Sequence record: MG592671.1
DNA: 64,000 nucleotides
Reading direction: 5' to 3' (one strand)
Shown: one piece after another, positions 53,693 to 64,000 of the stretch
Layout: the number at the start of each line of letters is the position of its first letter
Position numbering within the stretch: position 1 is the first letter of the stretch
Position numbers and translations under genes: made by a program
Notes under the pieces: generated by a model
The model's input: the letters and a program-made list of their open reading frames with translations, nothing else
What the model was told of the DNA's origin: nothing
Databases searched by the model: none

Positions 53693-54799
53693 ATGTCTAA
53701 AAGACCACTTATTGATGTAGAAAACCAAAATAACCTAAACTCAGATTTGTACCCACTTTTTCTTGGCAAGGAGTTATTTGTTACTGATAATATCTCAGTA
53801 GCATATCCTGAGCTTGTTACTTTACGAAAGAAGCTTATTAAAGAGCGCTGGGTAGAAGATGAAATTGATCTGTCAAAAGATTCTGCTGATATAAAAAACC
53901 CAGATCTAAAATCTGCAACTGATGTAATGAAAATTACCTTACAGTTCCAACACTTAATGGATTCAGTAGCTTCGCATTCTATAAAAGGCATTCTTGGGTT
54001 GTTCTCATCTAATTCAGAATTGAACCTTTTATTATCTGAATGGGAGATGAATGAAGATATTCATGCTGTCACTTATTCAGAAATCATCAAAATTTGTTTC
54101 CCTAATCCGAACGCGCTATTAGAAGACACACGCACAAATAGAGATATTTTGGATCGTATTGCTCCTCTTTCTGAGGTATTTGAGGCCACACAAGTAATGG
54201 GATATCGCTATAAGCTAGGTGAGTACCATGATTATGAAGCTATGCGTCAACAAATTCTATTATTCATTGCTGCTTTGACTTCACTAGAAGCTATTTCGTT
54301 TAGTGCATCGTTTGCTAGTTCATTTGCAATTGCTAAAGGTTCAAAAGCTTTTGATGGCATTACTAAAAATATTTCATTAATAGCTCGCGACGAGACTGGC
54401 ACTCATGTTCCTGCTGACATGGAACTGTTTAAAATTCTTATGCGTGACCCAGAATGGAAAGCATCGTATGAAACTGTTAAGCCTAAAGTGCAAGAATTAT
54501 TCAATACAGTTCATAATATCGAGCGCTCGTGGAGTACATACTTGTTTAGTGAAGGTCGTGCTATTATTGGTCTTAATGCTAATCTACTTAATAAGTATGT
54601 TGACTTTCTAAGCGCGCCAATCTACGATCTATTTGGTTTATCAATGGATTTTGAACGTTTGCAGGAAGACCCACTTCCTTGGATGTCTCAATATATTGAC
54701 TTAAATCAAATTCAATTGGCATCACAAGAATCGCAAACCATAAATTATCAAGTTAATTCAACTTTAGATGATTTAGATGATGAAGATTTCGATTTTTAA
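53693..54799 (+). CDS. nrdB: ribonucleoside-diphosphate reductase class Ia beta subunit
   Basis: W...E...D, MDS, EDIHAVTY, LEAISFSASF, RDETGTH, QE....NY; ATG 53693 after GGAG. Confidence 0.92.
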   Translation: MSKRPLIDVENQNNLNSDLYPLFLGKELFVTDNISVAYPELVTLRKKLIKERWVEDEIDLSKDSADIKNPDLKSATDVMKITLQFQHLMDSVASHSIKGILGLFSSNSELNLLLSEWEMNEDIHAVTYSEIIKICFPNPNALLEDTRTNRDILDRIAPLSEVFEATQVMGYRYKLGEYHDYEAMRQQILLFIAALTSLEAISFSASFASSFAIAKGSKAFDGITKNISLIARDETGTHVPADMELFKILMRDPEWKASYETVKPKVQELFNTVHNIERSWSTYLFSEGRAIIGLNANLLNKYVDFLSAPIYDLFGLSMDFERLQEDPLPWMSQYIDLNQIQLASQESQTINYQVNSTLDDLDDEDFDF

Positions 54800-54843
54800 T
54801 TTTATAGCCCGCTCTAGAGCGGGCTTATTAACGAGTAAAAAAC

Positions 54844-55770
54844 ATGGATCCAAAACAAGAATACAATAAATTAATGCAAAGCGCAGCTACTCGTGGATGG
54901 ACTAAATCTACTGCACCTTGCTATATTGAGATGCATCATATACTACCTAGATCTTTAGGAGGTAGTGACACCAGTGATAATTTAGTATGCTTAACGGCAC
55001 AAGAACACTATCAAGCTCATAAATTATTATATGAGTACACAATAGGCAGAGATAAGAAAAAGATGGCACACGCTTGGTTTCTGCTATCACATAGGGATGG
55101 CATTCAATTAACTGAAGATGAATATGCTGATGCTAAACAAGCCCTAATAGAAGCCAAAACTGGCACTAAGCATACTTTGGAAGCTCGAGCTAAAATGTCA
55201 GCTTCTAGAACAGGCCAACGTTTATCTGCAGAACACCGACGTAAAATCTCAGAATCAAATATGGGAAGAATCCAAAGTTCTGAAACGCGACAAAAGATTC
55301 GAGAAGCTGCGACAGGCAGAACACATTCAGAAGAGACTAAGAAGAAAATTAGCATGAATACATTAGGAAAGGAAATGCCTGTGTATGCTAAGGACGCCAT
55401 AGGCGTTGCTGTGTCTAAGCAGCGAAATTCTGAAGAAGATAGATACTGTGTGCATTGTGATAAATTTGTGGGTAGCAGGGCTTATGCTCGTTATCACGGA
55501 GATAATTGTTTAGAGCAAACTAATTTATCAGAAGAAAAATTAACAGAACTTAAAAAGAAACGCTCTCATGCTCCATTAACAGAAGAACATAGAAGAAAAG
55601 TATCTGAAGCAGGTAAAGGTAGAAAACATTCTGATGAAGCCAAAGCTAAAATGCGAGAAGCTATAAAGAAGAGCAGACCACAAGTTACATGCCCTTATTG
55701 CAATAAAGAAGGACCGCGGCCTTCTATGATCAGATGGCACTTTGATAATTGTAAGTTCAAACCTGATTAA
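54844..55770 (+). mobile_element. free-standing HNH homing endonuclease with NUMOD3 repeats
   Basis: EMHHILPRSLGGSD..DNLV.LTAQEHYQAH; KHTLEARAKMS, SAEHRRKIS, HSEETKKKIS; C-terminal CPYC..H..NC. Confidence 0.88.
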
Positions 55771-55840
55771 ATAAAGACAGTTAAAGAACTGTTCGGCGGA
55801 CTATTGAAGATCCGCCTTTTATTTACAATGGAGTACAACA

Positions 55841-56098
55841 ATGGATATCGTCTTATTCTCGAAAACAGAATGCACTTATTGCTTAATTGCTGAAGACAAT
55901 TTAAAACGCAAAAATCTACCTTATAAAAAACTCATCCTAGAAGAAGACTACTCACCTAACGAGCTAAAAGACATTACTGGAAAAGACATTGACGATATCG
56001 TATTTCCAGTATCCGTAGTTGACGGTGAAACAATCATCGGCGCTAAAGACCTACATTTTCATATCAGAAAAATGGTTCGAGCAAATAAAACCAAATAA
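55841..56098 (+). CDS. glutaredoxin
   Basis: FSKTECTYC active site, FP...VDGETIIG. Confidence 0.85.
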   Translation: MDIVLFSKTECTYCLIAEDNLKRKNLPYKKLILEEDYSPNELKDITGKDIDDIVFPVSVVDGETIIGAKDLHFHIRKMVRANKTK

Positions 56099-56200
56099 AA
56101 TGTTATAATATAGTATGCCCTAGACTGGCCAGTTGAAAAGCAGAGACCTGATCTGCCTGGGCATATAATTTAAAAATCAGGAATATCTACAGGAGATATT

Positions 56201-56937
56201 ATGAACTATAAGCACATCTATAACTGCTTAGTGCAGAAAGCAGTATCAAGAAAGTGGACTAAAAAGTCTGCGCCTACCTATGTTGAAAAACATCATATTA
56301 AGCCTACTTCCTTAGGTGGCATCAACAACAAAGATAATCTAACATATCATTAATGGTAACAACTGAAGAATATTGGCTTAATAAGGACAAATACAAAACT
56401 AATAGTTCTGGAAAAGTATCTGCATTTGACACCAACATTAACGAATATATCTATATTACTACTGAGGAATATAATTCTAATAAAGACAGATATAAAAACC
56501 CAATGTCTGGCAAAATAACTGTTAAAGATAAAGAAACAAACGAATTTATTAGCATCACTATAGATGAATATAATAAAGATAAAACTAGATATTCAACTTC
56601 CTGTGATGGAAAAGTAAACGCTTATGATACTGTTTCGAAAGAATATAGACAGATACCAAAAGAATAATACCAAAGTAATAAAGATAGATATAAAACTGCA
56701 TCATCAGGAAAGGTGGCTGCAAAATGTGCTGTTACTGGTAAATCTTTAGGTTCTATAGATGCTATCTTATTAGAAACTGAACCAGAAAAATATGTATCTG
56801 CTGTTAAAGGTGTGAAGAAAGAAAAGGTTGAATGTAGGTATTGCGGTATGAAAGTAGAAAAACATATCATTAATCGTTTTCATGATGAGAATTGTCCTAA
56901 TAAGCAACTGATGCTTAGTTCATTATTTGAGTGGTGA
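56201..56937 (+). pseudogene. decayed HNH homing endonuclease
   Basis: 56201-56353 truncated HNH (VEKHHIKPTSLGG...DNL*); 56353-56937 repeat/zinc-finger part with in-frame TAA at 56665-56667. Confidence 0.75.
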
Positions 56938-56988
56938 AAGATTTCTACATTCATTCGCAAAGCTATTCGTAATAAAAAATAGTCATTA

Positions 56989-57012
56989 AAAAGCCCACTC
57001 AAAGCGGGCTTT
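56989..57012. terminator. bidirectional terminator between convergent units
   Basis: AAAAGCCC..GGGCTTT. Confidence 0.6.
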
Positions 57013-57022
57013 ATTGTCTTTA

Positions 57023-58552
57023 TTAAACAGTTCCTATCTCAATCCAACGTGAACCTGATTTAACAAACATAACAGCATCATCATCACGAAGTACAGTGGT
57101 ATCTCTAGTTCGTAACCATAACTCCTCTACGCCAGTACCTGAGGTATTATGTAACATATTTACTGAGGTACCTGAAGTATTCGCTATGGTTACGAGTTGA
57201 CCATCGTAAGACCCTACTATAGACCCTAGGTCCTGAGAAGTAAGGCTTGTCTGAAGTTTGACAGAAGTTCTCTCGCCTACTGTAACCGAGTTATTAGAGT
57301 CTATGTCGACCTGCACGCTGGTCAATGCTAACGGATCTGTGTAATATGATCCTGTCGTAGTCCCGACGAATTGTACTGTCTCAGTCACACCTGAACTCTT
57401 GGTCACATTTAATATGGTAGTGTACGTAGTATCTTGTAATCTAACTGCGGCGTTATCACTAGACCCTGTTACTCTAACATTCTGCACATTCATGGCATTA
57501 CAATCCCGGATTGTAATGCCGCTTGCAGGAAGTGTAGGGGTAGTCTGTAGATATACATTCGTTATATTCCAAGCCGTACAGTTCCTGAAGTATACCCCAG
57601 CAACTCCGTCGTCTACTGCCCCTGGAACCGCTCCGTACGCATGAACATTGGATAAGGTGGAGCTTTCATACCCACCTTCAGGTACCGAGAATACACATCC
57701 TGCGTAATTACGTACTCTAAGGCCATCCACCATTATAGCTACTGTTAGAGGTGGCGTTCCACTAGACTCTGATGCGTTTATACATCCTGCAGTAGGTGAA
57801 GATGGATCTAGGTTACAATCTTGTAGATCTATGCCATCCATTTTAATAATACCAGAATTACCTACGTCCAACGCTATGTTAATAGGGTTACGAGCACAAC
57901 CACGAGCGAAAAAGCCCTTAACGAATACATGCTCTGCTGTTCCATTAATATAGATTGCATGTCGTCCGTGGTCAGAAGAACTAAGTGCGTTATCCCAGTG
58001 ACAATCAGTAATAGTAGCGTAGTTAGAACTTGTATTAATGCCATATCCGTATTGTGGATCTTTTCCGTAGATATTACGCATACGAACTCGGTCAGCATAA
58101 AAGATACCACAAGTAAGTGCATGGACACATGTATACCATCCATCTACTTCCACATCGGCCACTTTAAACACGTCTGCTTCTACAATACGTAAACAACGGT
58201 GTAAAGCAGTTCTACCACTTTCAGTTGTTGAGTTCAAATAGATACCACCAATAATCTCAACGTATGATTTGCCTGTGTCAGCAAAGATACCAAAGTCCTC
58301 ATCGAAAGAACCACCGAATTCGATCGTCCCAAGGTTCTGTATACGAGTAACATTACCAGTAATAGTTAAGGTATTAGATACAAGATAAGTCCCTTCTGGG
58401 AATAAGATATTTTCTTCTTGTGTATCCAATGCCGCTTGAATAGCTTCTGTGTCATCAGTTACCCCATCACCTACTGCTCCAAAATCTTTTACATTAATGA
58501 CACCAACTGCATCTTCAGAATCAAAAACATTTCCTTTTACTTTTGTTAACAT
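57023..58552 (-). CDS. tailspike/depolymerase, parallel beta-helix (pectate lyase 3-like)
   Basis: INVKDFGAVGDGVTDDTEAIQAA, FPEGTY; ATG 58552 with AAGGAG RBS. Confidence 0.8.
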   Translation of the reverse strand: MLTKVKGNVFDSEDAVGVINVKDFGAVGDGVTDDTEAIQAALDTQEENILFPEGTYLVSNTLTITGNVTRIQNLGTIEFGGSFDEDFGIFADTGKSYVEIIGGIYLNSTTESGRTALHRCLRIVEADVFKVADVEVDGWYTCVHALTCGIFYADRVRMRNIYGKDPQYGYGINTSSNYATITDCHWDNALSSSDHGRHAIYINGTAEHVFVKGFFARGCARNPINIALDVGNSGIIKMDGIDLQDCNLDPSSPTAGCINASESSGTPPLTVAIMVDGLRVRNYAGCVFSVPEGGYESSTLSNVHAYGAVPGAVDDGVAGVYFRNCTAWNITNVYLQTTPTLPASGITIRDCNAMNVQNVRVTGSSDNAAVRLQDTTYTTILNVTKSSGVTETVQFVGTTTGSYYTDPLALTSVQVDIDSNNSVTVGERTSVKLQTSLTSQDLGSIVGSYDGQLVTIANTSGTSVNMLHNTSGTGVEELWLRTRDTTVLRDDDAVMFVKSGSRWIEIGTV

Positions 58553-58563
58553 GGTGTTTCTCC

Positions 58564-60072
58564 TTAAAATCCAATTAGTGTGCAATATGATGTACCTGCA
58601 GCATCATCATTTGATATAGTTAAGAATCCGCCCTCATTAGCAAAAGTAAAACTAGGAGCATACACACCAGAATTTCCTATTTCAGCAGCATCAACATCAT
58701 TACCAGAGCCTACACGTATACTTACAGCATATAGCGTTGAGAACGATCTACCATTTGATAGTGTTCCTCTAATTATTGCAATTCCACCAGCGTTTGTATT
58801 TGCATATGGAATCTCTAGATCGGTTGTTGTCTTGAATGAATTCGAGCCTATTATTTGATAAGTTCGAGAATATTGTGTTGTAGATGTGCTTTTTGCTGTA
58901 ACTTGAAACAGTCCTGAAAACAATGCATCTTCGCCTTCTATACCAGTCGTTTTCACGCCAGTACCAAAAAAGGCTTTATCATAGACTCCCATATCTATCT
59001 GAGAATTAGTTGAATAGTTTCCTTTTTGGCTTAAAACAGTAACGTCTCCAGAATCAACTTTAGTTAAATCAAACGAACCTTGTGAAATTAAAGTATTTTC
59101 AAATATTAATGTTTTATTTTGGGTATCAGTAAAATCAAATGCTGCTGTTATAGTAGAACCCGTTTCATTAATAATACCATCTGTAAAACTTAAAGCTAGG
59201 GCATCGATGCCGTCTTTTAAGCCTAGACTAACTAACGAATCAGCATCATTAACTTCAAACCAACAGCCTTGAAAAACTGGCTTATAAACACCGTTTAGTC
59301 GAACTACTGAGTATTGAGGTTTATTGACTTCAAAAACACAGTTGGTAAATTCGACTCGGATACCAATATCAAATTCTACAACATAAGGCATATTATCACA
59401 ACGAGCAAATTCACATGAGTCAAATTTATTAATATTAGATACTCTAATAGGAGAATTCTGTGAACCTCGCGATCTTATAGCTTGCATACCAACAGCACCT
59501 CGAGCATGATATCCAAACATGCAAGATGTTACTTCACACCCAATCATATTAGCATCAATTCCATAATTAAGATGTGTTGAGAATGTGCAATCTCTAATCA
59601 CCCAGTGAGCTAAGTACACTGCTGGGGCTACATTGTATATTCCTTTTCCAATACCGTTAGATGTAGTATCGAAATTAATACTTACAACTCTGACATTCTC
59701 AGCAGTGAATTCATTAATGATAGTAAGTGCTGAATGGCTGCCATCCACACGTAAAATTGATTCGCCTTTAACACCAACTATTTCTGAATTAGATTGACTA
59801 ATCTCAATTGGCTTAGAAAGTAGATAATCTCCTGGTGGGATAAAAATACTCTTTGAATGATCAACTGCTGCTTGGATAAAACCAGAATCATCTGTAATTC
59901 CATCACCTACTGCTCCAAAGTCTTTTACATTCACAACATCAGCAAAACGATCACCTAGCGAGCGAGCCTCAGTACTTCCAGTAGAAATGACATTTAATTC
60001 TTTAGCATCTTCTTCTATCGACGTTCCATCATCTGTAACGACATAATGGGCTGAGCCGTATGTTCTTGCCAT
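58564..60072 (-). CDS. tailspike/depolymerase, parallel beta-helix
   Basis: RSLGDRFADVVNVKDFGAVGDGITDDS, IFIPPGDY. Confidence 0.8.
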   Translation of the reverse strand: MARTYGSAHYVVTDDGTSIEEDAKELNVISTGSTEARSLGDRFADVVNVKDFGAVGDGITDDSGFIQAAVDHSKSIFIPPGDYLLSKPIEISQSNSEIVGVKGESILRVDGSHSALTIINEFTAENVRVVSINFDTTSNGIGKGIYNVAPAVYLAHWVIRDCTFSTHLNYGIDANMIGCEVTSCMFGYHARGAVGMQAIRSRGSQNSPIRVSNINKFDSCEFARCDNMPYVVEFDIGIRVEFTNCVFEVNKPQYSVVRLNGVYKPVFQGCWFEVNDADSLVSLGLKDGIDALALSFTDGIINETGSTITAAFDFTDTQNKTLIFENTLISQGSFDLTKVDSGDVTVLSQKGNYSTNSQIDMGVYDKAFFGTGVKTTGIEGEDALFSGLFQVTAKSTSTTQYSRTYQIIGSNSFKTTTDLEIPYANTNAGGIAIIRGTLSNGRSFSTLYAVSIRVGSGNDVDAAEIGNSGVYAPSFTFANEGGFLTISNDDAAGTSYCTLIGF

Positions 60073-60162
60073 AATAATTCTCCTTAGAATTCTTTTTAGT
60101 ATTTATTCGCTGAATCTTAGATGCAGATTGCTTCTAGTGTTCTTGGATATAGGAAGGTAGGA

Positions 60163-60183
60163 AAGCCTGCTTCAAGCAGGCTT
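60163..60183 (-). terminator. hairpin after 60188-62023 gene
   Basis: AAGCCTGCTT-C-AAGCAGGCTT. Confidence 0.5.
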
Positions 60184-60187
60184 AGGA

Positions 60188-62023
60188 TTAAAATTCTATG
60201 TTGTTTTCTTTTATATCAGTTGTTCCAACACTAAAGTTATCTCCGATATTGTTTGTAACTATATTGTATCCAGTATCAGTTCCATTTCTAAGATTTGTAA
60301 CCGTTCCAGGTATCGGGGATCGATTACCAGTAATTAAGCAATACTTGCACCATCCTGCAATTAGTAGTGAATTTGTTGAATTTACAGAAAACTCATTATT
60401 TTGTAACGTTATATGGTCCCCAGAGACTCCCTCAGAAGTAAAATCAATTATAGGTTGATTAGTATCAAATACGTTGTTAATAACCCTCTTATAACTACAT
60501 GATGCAGCATTACTTCCTTGAAGTAATAGCGAATCAGACCCTGTAAATGTTATCCTATTACCAGATATTTCATCCCAGTCATTCATGTTTAGTCTTGAGG
60601 TTTGGCCGCGCATTATGTTGTCTTTGATGATAGTTTTCTGACCAGATGACGATAGTTCTAAATCATTCATGTAATTGCTTGTTACTAGGCAGTTGGAAAT
60701 CTTATCAATGTACAAAACATCAACATTGTTATTTGAAACATTTACATAGTCCATAGTAGGTTGTGATGTAGTAGATTGTGATATCGATAATTGACCAACA
60801 CATTTGTTCCCAGTAACAGTAAAATTGCCATTTCCTGATAAACGCATATCGCCGTTAACAAAAGTGCCGCTAACCACATTATTCGATACTACAACATTAT
60901 CTTCGCTAGATGGGTCAGCTTTATCTTCCAACCAGACAACTCGTATACCAAAAGAACCAGTACCAGTAACATTGTTAGAGCATGAATTTCCATTAATAGT
61001 CATATTTCCAAATGGAGATTGCACATATAGTTCACTGCCATCACCGTTATCAGCACCAACTCCATTATCATAGCAGACATTACTAGATATTACTGATCCT
61101 TTACCTCCCCCACATTTTATACCTGAATCTCTATTGCCAAAGACAGTATTACCAACAACAGAATTGTCCCTTGATTGTATGTATGTTCCGTGCTCACCAC
61201 TACCTGATATTATATTATTAACTATCGAGTGCCCTCTAGTATCTCTCCATGATAATATGCCATCCGCACCCGAGTAATCCAAACACGCATTGTTATCGTA
61301 TATGTGGTTTGCATCCACAATCACATTATCACCAAAACCTACACTATTACCATAAGCTAACGCAATTCCTAAAATATTATTAAAAACTCGATTTCCTTGT
61401 ATTGTATTATTTTCTCTATAATTATAAATGCCAGCACCTTCCCCGTTATATATAACGCAATTCTCAATAATCGAGTTAGGCGCACGCAGTCCAAGAACTC
61501 CTTTGTTGTATGGTATATTAAATCCATCACCAACATATGATGATTTCTGTGGATAATATATCCTAACTCCTGATATAGTAACTGCAAATGCGTCATTAGC
61601 ATATACGAGATAGTTAGTAAAATACACATTTTCAGTTGAGGCTTTAATAGTTCCTCCTGTTATTGACACATATGACCCTGTGATTGTAATTCCTGAGTTC
61701 TCACTCACAACGTTTATGCTTATTGATGCTGATCTTGATATGCGTATGTCAGTGTTATCAATATCAATAGTAATAGGGTTAATTAGACAATCATAACCAT
61801 CAGGAATTAAAACTGTTCTCCCGCTTGATATAGCTAACTCAATAGCAACAGTATCATCAGTAACGCCATCACCAACAGCTCCAAAATCCTTTACGTTTAC
61901 AGCATCAGCAAAGTGATCACCTAAAGTTCTAGCAGTTGTTGAGTCAGTAGCAGTAACTAGTAAACTAGATCCATCTGGGCCGGCTGGACCACCAATTAAA
62001 TCATTCGATACGCGAGTTGTCAT
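60188..62023 (-). CDS. tailspike/depolymerase, parallel beta-helix (PbH1 repeats)
   Basis: RTLGDHFADAVNVKDFGAVGDGVTDDT; repeated I.GN...N repeats. Confidence 0.8.
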   Translation of the reverse strand: MTTRVSNDLIGGPAGPDGSSLLVTATDSTTARTLGDHFADAVNVKDFGAVGDGVTDDTVAIELAISSGRTVLIPDGYDCLINPITIDIDNTDIRISRSASISINVVSENSGITITGSYVSITGGTIKASTENVYFTNYLVYANDAFAVTISGVRIYYPQKSSYVGDGFNIPYNKGVLGLRAPNSIIENCVIYNGEGAGIYNYRENNTIQGNRVFNNILGIALAYGNSVGFGDNVIVDANHIYDNNACLDYSGADGILSWRDTRGHSIVNNIISGSGEHGTYIQSRDNSVVGNTVFGNRDSGIKCGGGKGSVISSNVCYDNGVGADNGDGSELYVQSPFGNMTINGNSCSNNVTGTGSFGIRVVWLEDKADPSSEDNVVVSNNVVSGTFVNGDMRLSGNGNFTVTGNKCVGQLSISQSTTSQPTMDYVNVSNNNVDVLYIDKISNCLVTSNYMNDLELSSSGQKTIIKDNIMRGQTSRLNMNDWDEISGNRITFTGSDSLLLQGSNAASCSYKRVINNVFDTNQPIIDFTSEGVSGDHITLQNNEFSVNSTNSLLIAGWCKYCLITGNRSPIPGTVTNLRNGTDTGYNIVTNNIGDNFSVGTTDIKENNIEF

Positions 62024-62158
62024 ATCTCTTCTCCTTATGTAGAACTACATTACCAATCCTACAATTTTAAATAATATTATAATGATATTTATTCGCACTA
62101 GTAAATAAAAGTACGAATAAATATTGTAAATATTCCAATATATTATGGAGAATTGAAT

Positions 62159-64000
62159 ATGAAAACATTTCCTCTTCAGAGTGATATGCTAAATGCGTAT
62201 CTTGCTGAAAATGTTTCTGCAGGCGTAGTAATTACTACACTTGGTGGAACTGCTATTAATGACGGAGAAGGTGCAACGTGGGTTACTACAGGAAATGTTA
62301 TTCCTGGTAATGCAGGCACTATTGTAAATGACAAAGCATACGACCAACGTGGTAACGAACTTAGTGCATTTGTCACAGTTAATAATTCTGAAGCAATAAG
62401 CCTTAAATCATTTGGGGTAGTTGGCGATGGTGTTACAGATGACACAGCTGGTATCACTGCGGCAATATTAGCCGCAGAAGGTAAGACTCTCTACATACCA
62501 GAAGGGGATTATAATTACTATAACGACTATACTAGGGATGCAATCAACGTTAGTAATATAACTATTCATTGTGATGGTTTTATTATAACTCCTAGAGGGC
62601 TGCGACTAGAAGGAGATAGTATAACAATTATCGGAGGCAAATACGGAAGAACTGATAAGTCAACAAACACAAACACAAACTATGAATGTGGTATAGCTGT
62701 GGTCGGTAACTACAACAGCATTTCCAAAATTGAGTGCTTGAATGTTGATGGTCCAGGATTAATATTTACTGGGACTTTTGGCCACATTGATCAATGTCAC
62801 TTGCACGACAATCAAATGGGCGCATTGATGGGAAGTGCTTGTTCTCATGTTACCGTCGAAAACTGTAACATTCATAATAACGATGTTACTAATAATTCAG
62901 GCGCTGACGGCCTAAACATTCAACGAAATACTGATAACATCACTGTTAGAAATAACCGTATCTATGAAAATGGCGAACATGGAGTTTACTTCCAAGGGAT
63001 GCGATCGCAGTTTCTAGGAAATGAAGTCTATCGTAACCATAGCGCTGGTATTAAATTTGGATCTCACCCAACTGGTCAAGCACCAAAAGAGATTATGCTG
63101 CCAATATCAGGTGACCTAGGAGACGGCATTATTGAGCAACAAGGTGGTCATACTATACTCATAGAAGGAAATAGTTGTTATGATAACCCAGGCGACAACA
63201 TTTACATCCAGCCTTCATTTAAACATGTGGAGATTTGCAACAACCGTTGCTGGAACACAAATATTGAAACAGTTCCAGTACACGATGGCATTAAGTTGAC
63301 ATATTTTTCAGGGGAAGGGGAAACAGATGAGTTAGAGGAATTGCGTGATATTAAAGTATACGGTAATTCTCTTATTGATTGTAATATATTTTCTGAATGT
63401 AATGGTACTGAGATTTTCGATAATTATGTTGAAGGTTCTATAACTTTATCAGCTTCTGACGGTGGCAAAACCGGACAAGTCAATAATCTAACTTGGCATA
63501 GAGTATCAAGAAACGTGGTCAAATATCGATCTGATGGTGGTGGTGGTATTATTCTTTGGAATAGGAGTGATAATGGATGTATTGCTGAAGATAACGACAT
63601 AATGTCTTTTGTTACTGGTGGCGGGGAACGAGATAGTATAAACCTCAAAGGGAACTTAATAAGAGAACTTCAAGACTCGATTGACTTCACACGTTTCAAC
63701 ACATTTGATGGAAATGAAGTACATATTGTAGGTAATATTGCACTAAACAGAGGTGATATAAGTTTTGGTTTCTCTAACTCATTTAGCGGAAATAGAATTT
63801 TTGGCCCTGACAGAACAGATAATCATGTTATTTCAGCATCATTTAATTCAACAACTAGTGATTATGGAATTTTTTCTGATAACTACATTTATGCTCCTCA
63901 AGCTGATAGAACAATCTATATGTGGGGTGATAATGTTACCGTGACCGGTAACGTACTTGAAAACCCAGGCGCTTCTATAGCTATTGATTATTATGGTAAT
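62159..64000 (+). CDS. tailspike/depolymerase, parallel beta-helix, truncated at window end
   Basis: ATG 62159 after GGAG; MKTFPLQSDML..TLGGTAINDGEGATW anchor; SLKSFGVVGDGVTDDTAGI; SGADG...GEHG.Y segment shared with 60188 gene; start and sampled segments read in frame; absent from the ORF track, consistent with no stop before the window end. Confidence 0.75.
   Translation, partial: MKTFPLQSDMLNAYLAENVSAGVVITTLGGTAINDGEGATWVTTGNVIPGNAGTIVNDKAYDQRGNELSAFVTVNNSEAISLKSFGVVGDGVTDDTAGITAAILAAEGKTLYIPEGDYNYYNDYTRDAINVSNITIHCDGFIITPRGLRLEGDSITIIGGKYGRTDKSTNTNTNYECGIAVVGNYNSISKIECLNVDGPGLIFTGTFGHIDQCHLHDNQMGALMGSACSHVTVENCNIHNNDVTNNSGADGLNIQRNTDNITVRNNRIYENGEHGVYFQGMRSQFLGNEVYRNHSAGIKFGSHPTGQAPKEIMLPISGDLGDGIIEQQGGHTILIEGNSCYDNPGDNIYIQPSFKHVEICNNRCWNTNIETVPVHDGIKLTYFSGEGETDELEELRDIKVYGNSLIDCNIFSECNGTEIFDNYVEGSITLSASDGGKTGQVNNLTWHRVSRNVVKYRSDGGGGIILWNRSDNGCIAEDNDIMSFVTGGGERDSINLKGNLIRELQDSIDFTRFNTFDGNEVHIVGNIALNRGDISFGFSNSFSGNRIFGPDRTDNHVISASFNSTTSDYGIFSDNYIYAPQADRTIYMWGDNVTVTGNVLENPGASIAIDYYGN

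Noticed and set aside
56665-56667. Stop-codon reassignment suggested by the in-frame TAA
   Set aside because: Conserved genes (nrdA, nrdB, ligase, sigmas) are full length under code 11 and end in TAA, TAG or TGA; this is an isolated lesion in a decayed HEG.
57023-62023. Introns or inteins in nrdA, nrdB, ligase or tailspikes
   Set aside because: All reading frames are continuous and of expected size, with no intein C-terminal HN-C/S/T motif seen; both intact HEGs are free-standing.
811-63648. Many minus-strand or alternate-frame ORFs overlapping larger genes (e.g. 4600-4953, 9077-9538, 35000-35437, 48527-48925, 62176-62457)
   Set aside because: Shadow ORFs of well-supported genes, lacking RBS and family motifs.
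1-64000. tRNA, rRNA or tmRNA genes
   Set aside because: No cloverleaf with T-loop GTTCRA and acceptor stem was recognised by eye; a tRNAscan/Infernal run would be needed to exclude them formally.
1-64000. Nucleus-forming jumbo phage markers (chimallin, PhuZ, multisubunit RNAP)
   Set aside because: None recognised in this window, and the sigma factors imply use of host core RNAP; the rest of the genome is not visible.

Overview
64 kb of a large, AT-rich lytic dsDNA bacteriophage using the standard genetic code. A marine gammaproteobacterial host such as Vibrio is an inference from gene content only. Nearly all genes are on the + strand. 1-28.6 kb holds accessory/early genes: HNH and PD-(D/E)xK-like nucleases, PolX, two phage sigma-70-family factors, a sirtuin, an ATP-dependent DNA ligase followed by an antisense GIY-YIG homing endonuclease, a SleB-type cell-wall hydrolase, a lipoprotein trypsin-like protease, a SprT-like protease, YkvA and a secreted pilin-like three-gene cassette. 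28.6-36.6 kb is gene-poor and repeat-rich: about 18 of the roughly 30 forward copies of a phage-specific promoter motif (C[G/A]CAACTA[A/T]TGTTTTATA...TA.A.T), three inverted motif pairs, phased short repeats, and three members of a four-copy protein family (two with an N-terminal HTH-like region). It may be a terminal-repeat or host-takeover segment. 36.7-42.1 kb is the most striking feature: a translationally coupled tandem array of about 19 small, highly basic, highly divergent paralogs. They share a central Q-x-x-L-x-G motif, and many carry a C-terminal KPNQRRRGIG tag whose DNA copies differ only at synonymous sites. Smaller arrays with other conserved C-terminal tags follow at 43-51 kb. 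Then come nrdA, nrdB, an HNH homing endonuclease, a glutaredoxin, a decayed HNH, and at least four beta-helix tailspike/depolymerase genes (57-64 kb, the last truncated by the window). No tRNA, rRNA, CRISPR array or integrase was recognised. Family assignments come from reading motifs by eye; no database searches were run.
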